Origin: an uncultured Chloroflexia bacterium
GTDB taxonomy: Bacteria > Chloroflexota > Anaerolineae > CG2-30-64-16
Reading direction: 5' to 3'
NCBI GenBank assembly: GCA_963810095.1
Contig: CAWEMM010000007.1
Span: 544,001-608,000 of the forward strand
Length of the DNA stretch: 64,000 nt
Part shown: in pieces, positions 1 through 8,998 of the stretch
How positions within the stretch are numbered: the first letter of the stretch is position 1
Layout: each line of letters opens with the position of its first letter
Notes under the pieces: generated by a model
Told to the model about the DNA's origin: nothing
Seen by the model: only the letters and a program-made list of their open reading frames with translations
Databases searched by the model: none
Translations under genes and position numbers: made by a program

Positions 1-220
1 GAATCAGCGGCCATGCGATCAGTCGCCGCGGGACGCATCGGCGTTGGCTGATTATAGGCCGTCCGCGTTTGTCATGTCAATATGTGAAAGTACCTGAACA
101 AGATTTATATTGATGCTTCGAGATCATTGGCGGCATTCGGCGTGGTTGCACGTGGCGGAGTCCGTGCGCCCGGCGATGAAATGCGGGCGTTCACGTGCCA
201 AACGGTACAATATTCTGCTA

Positions 221-249
221 TTGACATTCGGGCACCTGCACGCGATAAT
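221..249 (+). promoter_or_regulatory. sigma70-type promoter of the secreted CnaB-type protein
   Basis: TTGACA(221-226)-N17-GATAAT(244-249), 40 bp upstream of ATG 289. Confidence 0.6.
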
Positions 250-288
250 GTAAATAGACATTCGTTGTCGCTTCACAAGAAGGAATGC

Positions 289-1269
289 ATGGCGCCCACA
301 ACCCGTCGACTTCGCAACTTCCGGCTCGCGCTCGCGTTCTTTGTCGCCGTGGCGGTGCTGCACGCGGCTCTGGCCGTCGACGCGCTTGCGCCCGGGGCCG
401 CCCAGGTGCCTCCGCCTGCGGGGCGCGCCGGCTCCACGCCCCCGGCCCCGCGGCCGGTTCGCCCTGTGAGCGCGTTCGTGCAGGCAACGCCAGCAGCTCC
501 GCTACGAGGCGGCCGGCCGGTGACCGAGCTCAAGCTGATCAAGGTGGTGCGCAATGAGGGCGGGGGGAGCGCTACTACTGCCGACTGGACGCTGGAGGCA
601 ACCGGTGCGGTCGCAGACAACCCGACAAATGTCTCGGGCGTCTCGCCTGTCGACAGCATGGACCAGTGGCCCGAGTTCTTGCCCGACGTTTACACGCTCG
701 CCGAGACATTCACGGGTAGCGACCCGGTAGTCGGCGGGAGTTACAGCGCCGGCGCCTGGAGCTGCGTCGACAACCAGACGGGTGAGCCGGTAGAAGTCAC
801 GGCGTTGGGCGAGGTCTCGATCAATGCCGGCGACGACGTTACGTGTACGATCGTCAACACTTACACCCAGATCGCAACGCCGACCCCGTCGCCGACCTCC
901 CCGGGACCCTGCCTGCCGTGTGTCATCCTCGGGCGGAAGCTATACGTCGCGCGCACAGGGCCCTATCAGGGCGAGCTTATCGGCCTGTCGGGTTGGCAGG
1001 TCACTGCCACGCTGGTGGGCGACGAAGCCGTGCAGGCGACGACGACCACCGATGGGCTCGGCCAGTACCGTTTTACTGCCGACGACCTCGCGGGCATGGC
1101 TTTTCCCGGCGCGACGATCCGGGTTTGCGAGGAGGATCGCCCCGGCTGGACGCACCTCACCCCATCCTGTGAGACCGTGAGTTTCCCGTATCCGCTGCCG
1201 CCGGGATACCCGGGCGCGGTAGCGCCCGATTTTATCAACGCTCAGCAGTCGCATCCTCCCGAGCACTGA
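289..1269 (+). CDS. secreted protein with two CnaB/prealbumin-like (SpaA/SdrD-B type) domains
   Basis: AAGGA RBS before ATG 289; hydrophobic signal peptide; Pro-rich linker; domains LKLIKVV...YTLAE...VTCTIVNT and GRK...GWQVTATL...TTTDGLGQYRF...VCEEDRPGW...DFIN. Confidence 0.7.
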   Translation: MAPTTRRLRNFRLALAFFVAVAVLHAALAVDALAPGAAQVPPPAGRAGSTPPAPRPVRPVSAFVQATPAAPLRGGRPVTELKLIKVVRNEGGGSATTADWTLEATGAVADNPTNVSGVSPVDSMDQWPEFLPDVYTLAETFTGSDPVVGGSYSAGAWSCVDNQTGEPVEVTALGEVSINAGDDVTCTIVNTYTQIATPTPSPTSPGPCLPCVILGRKLYVARTGPYQGELIGLSGWQVTATLVGDEAVQATTTTDGLGQYRFTADDLAGMAFPGATIRVCEEDRPGWTHLTPSCETVSFPYPLPPGYPGAVAPDFINAQQSHPPEH

Positions 1270-1320
1270 GCCCGCGCGGCATCCGGAGCGTCCGTCGCAG
1301 CCCCTGTGACGGAGCCCGCG

Positions 1321-1467
1321 TCAGGGGTGCGGCCGTCCCACCAGCCGCCTGATCTCTGCTGCCAGTCGCTCGAGCATCGCCGCGAGCCGCAGCATCTCGG
1401 CGGCCTGCTCGGGCGGGGGGATCTCCGTAGGCAACTTGCGCCGCGACTTCCGTTGTTTCGGCTCCAT
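1321..1467 (-). CDS. small 48-aa hypothetical protein (MEPKQRKSRRKLPTEIPPPEQAAEMLRLAAMLERLAAEIRRLVGRPHP)
   Basis: Hand-translated, below the ORF-track cutoff; GAGGA RBS; good promoter upstream; amphipathic helix. Confidence 0.55.
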   Translation of the reverse strand: MEPKQRKSRRKLPTEIPPPEQAAEMLRLAAMLERLAAEIRRLVGRPHP

Positions 1468-1511
1468 GAGTCCTCAGCAGTGGGTGGATTAGAAAGGGTG
1501 TTCTAGTTCGA

Positions 1512-1540
1512 ATACTACATCTGTTCTATGGATTCGTCAA
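1512..1540 (-). promoter_or_regulatory. sigma70 promoter with an overlapping imperfect GAAC-N4-GTTC-like (SOS box-like) site
   Basis: Minus strand TTGACG-N17-TAGTAT; spacer and -10 contain AGAAC-AGAT-GTAGT. Confidence 0.55.
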
Positions 1541-1781
1541 GTCGCCGTCCAGTTCGATCTTTCACCGGTCCAGCCAAGTTGACCGCTTATTGCGTGTGGA
1601 AGGCGGAGGCAACTGAGATTCGACCGATTCGTATTCTCGCTCGCTTGACTAACTTCGTGCTAATGCTACTCTTGCACAAGACTTGCACCCTGCGCCTAGC
1701 GTCGCAACCTCGGGTGATTCGTGCCAGCGTTGACTTGTCCGGGCCGTGCCGTGCCCCGGGCGCACGCCAGGAGGCGATCAC

Positions 1782-2204
1782 GTGTCGACCGAGAGCAATA
1801 AGGAATCCGTCCGCCGCTGGTTCTCGCTGCTCAGCCGCGAGAACTGGGAAGAGGCCATTCGCAGCGAGTGGCCGCCCGCGCCAATCGTCGACTGGTTTGT
1901 CGACATGCACAGGCCGTTTCGCGCCGCCTTTCCCGACTTTGCGTTTCGCATCGTGGACATCGTCGCCGAGGGTGACAAAGTCGTCGTGTTGGGTAAGGCG
2001 AGTGGCACCCACACGGCCGAGTTCGCGGTGGGCGAACTGAAGGGAATCCCGCCGAGCGGCAAGAAGCTCGAGTGGGACGAAGCGCAAGGGTATCGCTTCG
2101 AGAACGGGCAGTTCGCCGCCGGCTGGCTCGTGGTCGACGGCGTAAGCAGGCTGCAGCAGTTGGGCGTGCTGCCCGAGCCGGAGATGCAGCCGGGTCCGGC
2201 ATAG
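1782..2204 (+). CDS. SnoaL-like ester cyclase / NTF2-fold protein
   Basis: AGGAGG RBS then GTG; NKESVRRWF...FRAAFPDF...DIVAEGDKVV...GTHTAEF...GIPPSGK...QQLG. Confidence 0.85.
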   Translation: MSTESNKESVRRWFSLLSRENWEEAIRSEWPPAPIVDWFVDMHRPFRAAFPDFAFRIVDIVAEGDKVVVLGKASGTHTAEFAVGELKGIPPSGKKLEWDEAQGYRFENGQFAAGWLVVDGVSRLQQLGVLPEPEMQPGPA

Positions 2205-2340
2205 GCGCCAGCCCAGGCGTGCGCGCTACCGGCCGCGCACGCCTGGCCCGACCCACGGGAGCCTGAGCGGAAGTTTCGTCGCCGCGGGCCGGCGCCGCGA
2301 TCTAGCGACGCGTCTAGACTGGACGATCGGAGGTTAAAAG

Positions 2341-2817
2341 ATGGACATCGCACCGGTTCTGATCTCGCAGTACCTTGCTTCGCTCGCGATGCTCGAGCAG
2401 GCGATTGCGAAATGCCCGCAGTCGCTCTGGGATGTACCGGGCGAGCGCAACCCCTTCTGGCAGGTCGCCTACCATGCCCTCTTCTTCACCCACCTTTACC
2501 TCGGCGACTCCGAGGAGAGCTTTGTGCCCTGGACCCAGCACCGGGAGGGACACGAGGATTTCGGCGTGCCTGAGAGCCCGCAGTCGTACGACAAAGGCGG
2601 GGTCATGGCCTACCTCGCGTTCTGCCGGCAGTACGTCGCTGAGCGCGTGCCCCAGCTAAAGCTCGAGGAGACGGCGAACTTCCACAACCGGCGCCGGACC
2701 GTGCTCGAGCTTCAGATCTACTCCATCCGGCACGTGATGCAGCACACAGGCGAGCTCATGCAGCGCTTGAGCGGGCTCGACGAGGAGATCGACTGGGTGG
2801 GCTCGGTGTACGCGTGA
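2341..2817 (+). CDS. DinB/YfiT-like family protein
   Basis: GGAGG RBS; LEQAIAKCP..LWD, FWQVAYHALF, IRHVMQHTGEL His pattern. Confidence 0.8.
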   Translation: MDIAPVLISQYLASLAMLEQAIAKCPQSLWDVPGERNPFWQVAYHALFFTHLYLGDSEESFVPWTQHREGHEDFGVPESPQSYDKGGVMAYLAFCRQYVAERVPQLKLEETANFHNRRRTVLELQIYSIRHVMQHTGELMQRLSGLDEEIDWVGSVYA

Positions 2818-3267
2818 GCGGGCGCGCCCCGGCCGTTCGGGCGTCTAGCACTCCGGCCCCAGCCTAATCCCCCGTACGGCGACTTGGCCGGGCGAACATC
2901 CACCCACGGCGTTGCCTTGGGGGTTCTAAGGGGCGCAGCCCGTGGACCGGGGCGCGGGGGGCAAGAGCACCCCGCCAGCCAGTCACGAGGCATCAGCTGA
3001 CAATTTCCCTGTGGCTGTACTTAATTGCCACACCCGCCTTCATACTAATGGGTGAGAGCACGTCCGTAGCAATTGCGCGGCCAATATCAGACCGTCCTCC
3101 GATTCGCAATTTCCCATTTCATCGTATAGTGCGGCTGCCGCTCGAAGACCCGCCGCGCCAAGCAATACACCCATTAGGAACCCCATCTGCCATCGAGGCC
3201 GGCGACCGTTTTCCGAACGCCTTTGACGCGGTTTGCATATGCGTCTCTGGAGCATTGGGAGGCCACC

Positions 3268-5431
3268 ATGTTGAGCAGACGGAGTTTCATCAAGGTTATT
3301 GTGTCTGCGGGTGCCGGCGCGTTTCTGGTCGGGCGGCTGCCTGCGGACCTGGTCCGAGCCGAGGCGCTTACCAGGCATTCCGCTTCGCGCCGCACGCTGC
3401 GGCTGGCCGCACCGGGGGCCGCGCTCCCCGGCGGCACGCTCGCACCCGGCGACATCCCGAAGTTCAGCACGCCGCTGCTGATCCCCCCCGTCATGCCCAA
3501 AGCCGGCATGATCAAGCTGCGGGGCGGCAAGAACGCCGACTACTATGAAATTTCGACGAGGCAGTTCCAGCAGCAGATCCTGCCCGCGGGTCTGCCGCCG
3601 ACGACCGTCTGGGGTTACGGCGCGATCGCGTCGGCCAGCGCCGGCGGCCTGCTGATCCACAATGCACCTTCTCTGACGATCGAGGCGCGGTGGAACACGC
3701 CCGTGCGAATCAAGTGGATCAACGACCTGGTCGACGCGCAGGGTGACTATCTGCCGCATTTGTTGACAGTGGATCCGACGCTGCACTGGGCCAACCCCGG
3801 AGGTGGGATGACGGGTCGCGACATCCGCCCGTCGTTCGAAGAAACGCCAGAGCCGTACACTGGCCCCGTGCCGCTTGTTCCGCACGTTCACGGCGCAGTC
3901 GGCGTCGGCGACGAAAGTGATGGTTATGCCGAGGCGTGGTATCTGCCTGCGGCCAGGAACATCCCCGAGGGTTACGCGACCGAGGGCACATGGTACAACT
4001 TCTTCGCGAAGAAGGCCCAAGCGCGGTACGGGGCGACTTGGGGCCCCGGATACGCGACCTTCGAGTACCCGAACGAGAACCGTGCGTCGACGGTCTGGTA
4101 CCATGACCACGCCCTGGGGATGACGCGGCTGAACGTGTACGCGGGACCCGCGGGGTTTTTCCTCATCCGCGGCGGTCCCTCGGGCGACGGTGCGGTGCGG
4201 GATGGCCGTTTCGCGCGCTGGCGGCCTGCCGTGCTGCCCGGCCCGGCGCCGAAGGAGCACGACAAGTTCCCGGCGCAGAAGCCCTACTTCGAGATTCCCA
4301 TCGCCATCCAGGACCGGGCGTTCAACGCCGACGGGTCGCTGTTTTACCCGTCTTCGCGCGACTTCTTCGATGCGGCGACCGAGGAGCTGCCCGGCTTCGT
4401 GCCCGACACCGACCTGTCGCCGTTCTGGAACCCCGAGTTCTTCGGCAACTGCATCATGGTGAACGGCAATACCTGGCCGTATCTCGACGTTCAGAAACGG
4501 CGCTACCGCTTCCGCGTGCTCAACGGCTGCCAATCCCGCTTCCTGATCCTGGACTTCAGCGCCATCCCCGGGGTGGAGGTGTGGCAGATTGGCAACGAGG
4601 GCGGCTTCCTGCCCGCGCCGGTGAACCTGACCGCCCAGCACCACAGTCAGCTTTTGATGGCATTGGCCGAGCGCGCCGACCTCATCGTCGACTTCACCAA
4701 GGTGCCGGAGGGGAACTACGTGCTGCGCAATGCCGGCCCGGATGAGCCGTTTGGCGGCGAGCCGCTAGATCCCGACGTCATTGCCGATCCGGCGTCGACC
4801 GGGATGATCATGCAGTTCCGGGTTAAGCCGGCGGTCGGGATCGACCGGACGACCCCGCCGCGGTACCTGGAGCTTCCCGCGACCGAGCCGCTGCCCGCGC
4901 CCACGCGGAACGCGCAAGCTGGCCCTGATGGAGATGATGTCCATGTACTGGGACGGGCCGGCCGAGGCGATGCTCGGCACGGTGGGTGACGACGGCGTAC
5001 CCGTGGCCCGCATGTGGATGGAGGAGGTCACCGAGAATCCGGAGCCCGGCGACACCGAAATCTGGGAGATGTATAACTTCACCGGCGATGCGCACCCCAT
5101 GCACGTGCACGAGGTGACCTTCGAGGTGCTGAACCGGGAGAAGCTGGTTCTCACGCCGGAAGGCGAGCCGGCCGTCCCTGTGGCGCTGACTGGCGAGGTG
5201 CGACAGCCGGAACCCTGGGAGCTGGGCGTCAAGGACACGGTCATCGCGTATCCGGGCGAAGTGACCCGCATCAAGGCGCAGTTCCTCCACGCGGGCCAGT
5301 ACGTCTGGCACTGTCACATCGTCGAGCACGAGGATAACGAGATGATGCGTCCCTACCGCATCGGTCCGGTCCAGGACGGCCAGCCTGGGCCGATGCCAAT
5401 GAAGTCGAGCACGAGCGTCACGGCACCCTGA
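3268..5431 (+). CDS. Tat-exported multicopper oxidase (CotA/bilirubin oxidase-like); frameshift near 4905-4925
   Basis: SRRSFIK Tat motif; Cu ligands HVHG and WYHDH in ORF 3223-4989, HPMHVH and HCHIVEHEDNEM in ORF 4928-5431. Confidence 0.9.
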
Positions 5432-5437
5432 GGCCCT

Positions 5438-5479
5438 TGCCGCCCCCTCCCTTCGCTTGCGCGAGGGGAGGGGGCGGCA
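5438..5479. repeat. GC-rich hairpin between convergent genes (REP-like or bidirectional terminator)
   Basis: TGCCGCCCCCTCCCTTCGC-TTGC-GCGAGGGGAGGGGGCGGCA. Confidence 0.65.
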
Positions 5480-5497
5480 GAGCATTGGCAGAACACC

Positions 5498-6220
5498 TCA
5501 GCTTACTTCGATCTCCTGCACCCACTTCACCCAGTCCCCGCCGCTCTGATGCGGCAGCGCAGCGCGCACGGGGAATCCGTGCGAGACCGGCAGCGCCTCG
5601 CCCTCCCACTCGTAGGCCAGGAAGTTGTCTGCCGCCTGCGCCACGGCCAGCGACAACGTGCTCGTGCGGCCGTCCACTCCCGCAAACACCACCTGCGTCG
5701 CCTCCTCGAGCGGGCCGGCCAACGCCAGGACGCTGGCGAGCGACGCGCCCGCGAGGTTCGAGTGGTCCATGAAGTAGCCCGGACAGACGATGTCGACGGC
5801 TGCGCTGACTCTCGGGAGACAGCGGAGTTCGTCATACGTCAGGCTCAACTCGTGCGCCACCTGGCCCTTGACTGCCAGCCGGTAGGTTGTCACATCTACC
5901 ACCCGGGGCTCCGCCGTGACGTGCAGCCCCGTCGAGGGCTCGACATTCGTGTAGCCAGGGTAGGGGATGGGCGTCGGTGGGATGACCTTGGCAAGGCCCC
6001 CGAGGCAAGCACTGCTGGGCGTCGCGGCGGCAGCCGCGGGCGCAGTGGTTGGCGTCGGCAGAGCGGGCGCCGCTGTCCCGCCGGCCGTGGCCTCGGCTGG
6101 TGCGGATCCCGCTGGCGGCAGCCGGGTGCACCCCGCTGCTAACAGTGCGAGCGCCTGCGCGGCGCCTAGCAGTGCGGTGCGGCGGCTGACTATCCGAACA
6201 GGGGGTTTGGGGCGGTTCAT
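5498..6220 (-). CDS. molybdopterin-dependent oxidoreductase (sulfite oxidase/MsrP-like Mo domain), Tat lipoprotein
   Basis: SRRTALL plus LAAGC; YRLAVKGQV, LTYDEL, DIVCPG (Mo-ligand Cys), HGFPVR, WVKWVQEIEV. Confidence 0.85.
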   Translation of the reverse strand: MNRPKPPVRIVSRRTALLGAAQALALLAAGCTRLPPAGSAPAEATAGGTAAPALPTPTTAPAAAAATPSSACLGGLAKVIPPTPIPYPGYTNVEPSTGLHVTAEPRVVDVTTYRLAVKGQVAHELSLTYDELRCLPRVSAAVDIVCPGYFMDHSNLAGASLASVLALAGPLEEATQVVFAGVDGRTSTLSLAVAQAADNFLAYEWEGEALPVSHGFPVRAALPHQSGGDWVKWVQEIEVS

Positions 6221-6422
6221 CGATCCCTCCAGGCGAACGTGCATGGGGGCTGGCTGGTGGCAGCATAGCGCAGCCGAATGCCCCTGTCAACTGCTCCAAG
6301 CAACGACTCTTGCCCCAGGCACACGGACGCGCGTCGCGCCGGAGCAACCGAGGGAGATCGCTTTTCGCCGAGGATGTCTTTTGCGCCCGCAATTGGCACG
6401 CCTGGCGGCCGGGTTGAGGGAG

Positions 6423-6451
6423 TTGCCATAAGGGGGAAGCAGGTGTAGTAT
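6423..6451 (+). promoter_or_regulatory. sigma70 promoter, probably giving a leaderless XRE mRNA
   Basis: TTGCCA-N17-TAGTAT ending 7 nt before ATG 6459; no SD sequence. Confidence 0.6.
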
Positions 6452-6458
6452 ACCGAGC

Positions 6459-6830
6459 ATGGCTACAAAACGGAACCGAGGGAACATCATTCAGGACGAA
6501 GTGGGCGTCCGGCTGCGCGACGCCCGGCGAGCGGCGAAGCTTTCTCAGGATGAGGTGGGGCGGCGGCTCGGGCTTTCGCGGGCGGGCTACGGGCATCTGG
6601 AGGACGGCACGCGCTCGATGACCCTGGACGATCTCGTAAACCTGGCGCGGATCGTGGCGCAGTCTCCCGCGTACCTGCTCGGCCTGGAGGGCGACCTTAC
6701 GCCCGACGAGGACCGCCTGCTGACGGCCTACCGTTCGATCGACTCTGAACGGCAGCGCAGGCTGATTGTCGACCTGGCCGTTCTGGCCGCCCGGCCGGAA
6801 GGCGAACCCGAACCCGAACCCGAATCCTGA
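6459..6830 (+). CDS. XRE/Cro-CI family HTH transcriptional regulator
   Basis: RLRDARRAAKLSQDEVGRRLGLSRAGYGHLEDG; C-terminal LTPDEDRLLTAYRSI. Confidence 0.9.
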   Translation: MATKRNRGNIIQDEVGVRLRDARRAAKLSQDEVGRRLGLSRAGYGHLEDGTRSMTLDDLVNLARIVAQSPAYLLGLEGDLTPDEDRLLTAYRSIDSERQRRLIVDLAVLAARPEGEPEPEPES

Positions 6831-6884
6831 AACCTTGGACCGGCAAACGGGGCGCCGTCCGCCCCGTTTGCTGTGGCGCCCCGC

Positions 6885-7859
6885 TTAGTTGCCCGGCTTT
6901 GCGCAGCGGAATCCGACAATCGCGCTCACGAATGTCGGCATGATGGCCCCACGGTAAGCGGTCCGGGTGTCGTCGGCCGCGTTCGCGTTGGAGAAGCTGC
7001 CCCCACGCGCCACCTTGTTCACCCCGTCGTTGGGCCCCAACGGATCGGCGGGCGGCGAACTGCTGTAGTAGCTCGCGTTCCACCAGTCGCGCACCCATTC
7101 GTAGACGTTCCCTGCCATGTCCAGCACCTCGTAAGGGCTCGCGCCTGCGGGATAGCTGCCCACCGCGTTCGTGTCGCCCAGGCAGGAGCGGTGGGTGGCG
7201 CCGTCGTAGTAGTTCGCCAACGTGCAGTCTGGCCGGGCGTCGCCCCAGGGATAGGCGCGCGTATCGGCCGAGCCGCGTGCAGCCTTCTCCCACTCCGCCT
7301 CGGTCGGCAGCCGCTTTCCCTTCCATTGGCAGTAGGTGTTGGCCTGGTGCCAGGTTACGTTGATCACGGGGTAGTTGCCGTAGGCCGGGTTGCTGTAGTA
7401 CACGGGGCGGGTGGTCGACGTATTGTAGGCCGGCTTCGCGCAGACGCCCGCGGCCACGCACTTTGCATATTCCGCATTCGTCACCTCGGTGCGGTCTATG
7501 CGGAACGCGCTGAGTGTGACCGTGTGCAGCGGGAGCTCGGCGTTCGGGCAGGGATAGCCCCCATTGTGGGCCGGATCGCACCCCATCTGGAAGGGACCCG
7601 CGGGCACCAGGGCCGGCGGCGCAGGCGTCGGTGAAGGAGTGGGGGTCGCAGTCGGCGTGGGCGTTGGGGGCGCCGGCGTGACGGCGAACGATGTTTCCAG
7701 GCCCAGCAGGGGCAGGTAGATGGACGGGCCCCCGGTCGATCTCAATGTCGCCGGCGTCGAGCCCTGGCCCGCAACGGGCTGGGCCAGCGCGAACAGAACG
7801 CCTGCCGCAGCGGCGACCAGGGCGCCGGCCGCCAGCCATGTCGGATGCACACCTCTCAT
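6885..7859 (-). CDS. secreted SUMF1/FGE-sulfatase-fold protein
   Basis: Signal peptide, IYLPLL, PT linker; [44 protein letters not shown]. Confidence 0.9.
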   Translation of the reverse strand: MRGVHPTWLAAGALVAAAAGVLFALAQPVAGQGSTPATLRSTGGPSIYLPLLGLETSFAVTPAPPTPTPTATPTPSPTPAPPALVPAGPFQMGCDPAHNGGYPCPNAELPLHTVTLSAFRIDRTEVTNAEYAKCVAAGVCAKPAYNTSTTRPVYYSNPAYGNYPVINVTWHQANTYCQWKGKRLPTEAEWEKAARGSADTRAYPWGDARPDCTLANYYDGATHRSCLGDTNAVGSYPAGASPYEVLDMAGNVYEWVRDWWNASYYSSSPPADPLGPNDGVNKVARGGSFSNANAADDTRTAYRGAIMPTFVSAIVGFRCAKPGN

Positions 7860-8141
7860 GAAAATTCCTCTCTGCCTCGCGCACCCGGACAACTCGGTGG
7901 AGGCGACCCTGTGGGACCTCAGGATTATAAGGGCGCGGTCCGCGGCGCGTCAAGCAATCACTTGCATCAGCGTCCCTTTTCAGATCAGCGCCCTTATTCG
8001 GGGGTGGCTGAGCTATAATGGGGCAGTGGGTTGCGCGGATGCGCGCGGACCCGCTGCCAACCGCCTACCGGGACCGTCTCCTTCGTCGTAACGGAGACCA
8101 CCCCTGCAGGCCCCGCTCGCGGCTGTGGGAGGCTGCATCTC

Positions 8142-8939
8142 GTGACCCAAGCCCTGAGAACCACCGTGCTCGCGCTTCGGGGCGGCCTGCGCGCCGGCCT
8201 TGGGAACCTCTCGCCGCTCGTCGTGGCGTGGCTGCTTGCCCTGGCGGTGATGCCCGTCACCCAGTGGTCGGCGGGCCACCTGGGCCTCGTCGCGTGCGTG
8301 TTCCTCGGGGTGCTGCTCCAGGCGTCGCTCGTGGTGATGTTTCTCGCCCAGGCCGCCGGCGTTCGCCGGGCGACGGTCGTCTCGCTGACGGTCGTGGCCG
8401 CGGCGTGGGCGTTCGAGGTGTTGGGCTCGCACACGGGCGTGCCGTTCGGCGCGTACCACTACACGGCCGGGCTGCAGCCCCAGATACTTGGCGTGCCGCT
8501 GCTCGTCCCCCTGGCCTGGCTGATGATGCTGCCGCCGGCCTGGGCCGTCGCACAGCGGATCACAGGCCGCCGCTCCGGGCTGGCGTTTGTTGTGACAAGC
8601 AGCCTCGCGTTCTGCGCGTGGGACCTGTTCCTCGATCCCCAGATGGTGCTCTGGCGGCTGTGGACGTGGGACGGGCCCGGCGCGTACTTCGGCGTCCCGC
8701 TGCTCAACTTCGGCGGCTGGCTGCTGGTGTCAGCCCTCATCACAGTGATCGCCCGCCCCCCTGCCCTGCCAGGCAAGCCGCTCCTGGTCATTTACACCCT
8801 CACCTGGCTCATCGAGGTCGTCGGACAGGTGGTGTTCTGGCGGCTTTACGGTCCCGCGGCGTGGGGCTTCGCCGGCATGGGCCTGTTCGTATGGCTGGCG
8901 TGGAGAAGACCGCGCGCGCTCTCTGAGCGCATCCCTTGA
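8142..8939 (+). CDS. carotenoid biosynthesis membrane protein (CruF/DUF422-like hydratase)
   Basis: GGAGG RBS then GTG; EVLGSHTGVPFGAYHY, GVPLLVPLAW, WDLFLDP, YFGVPLLNFGGW. Confidence 0.85.
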   Translation: MTQALRTTVLALRGGLRAGLGNLSPLVVAWLLALAVMPVTQWSAGHLGLVACVFLGVLLQASLVVMFLAQAAGVRRATVVSLTVVAAAWAFEVLGSHTGVPFGAYHYTAGLQPQILGVPLLVPLAWLMMLPPAWAVAQRITGRRSGLAFVVTSSLAFCAWDLFLDPQMVLWRLWTWDGPGAYFGVPLLNFGGWLLVSALITVIARPPALPGKPLLVIYTLTWLIEVVGQVVFWRLYGPAAWGFAGMGLFVWLAWRRPRALSERIP

Positions 8940-8998
8940 ATCCTTGCGGGCTACTCCCCGAGGTGCGGCCCGCAAGGATAATCATATCCCGGCCGGCG

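Noticed and set aside
6885-7020. Diversity-generating retroelement variable region in the FGE/CLec C-terminus
   Set aside because: No template repeat, reverse transcriptase or Avd gene in the window
8142-8939. Carotenoid biosynthesis cluster
   Set aside because: Only a lone CruF-like gene; no crtB, crtI or cruG nearby
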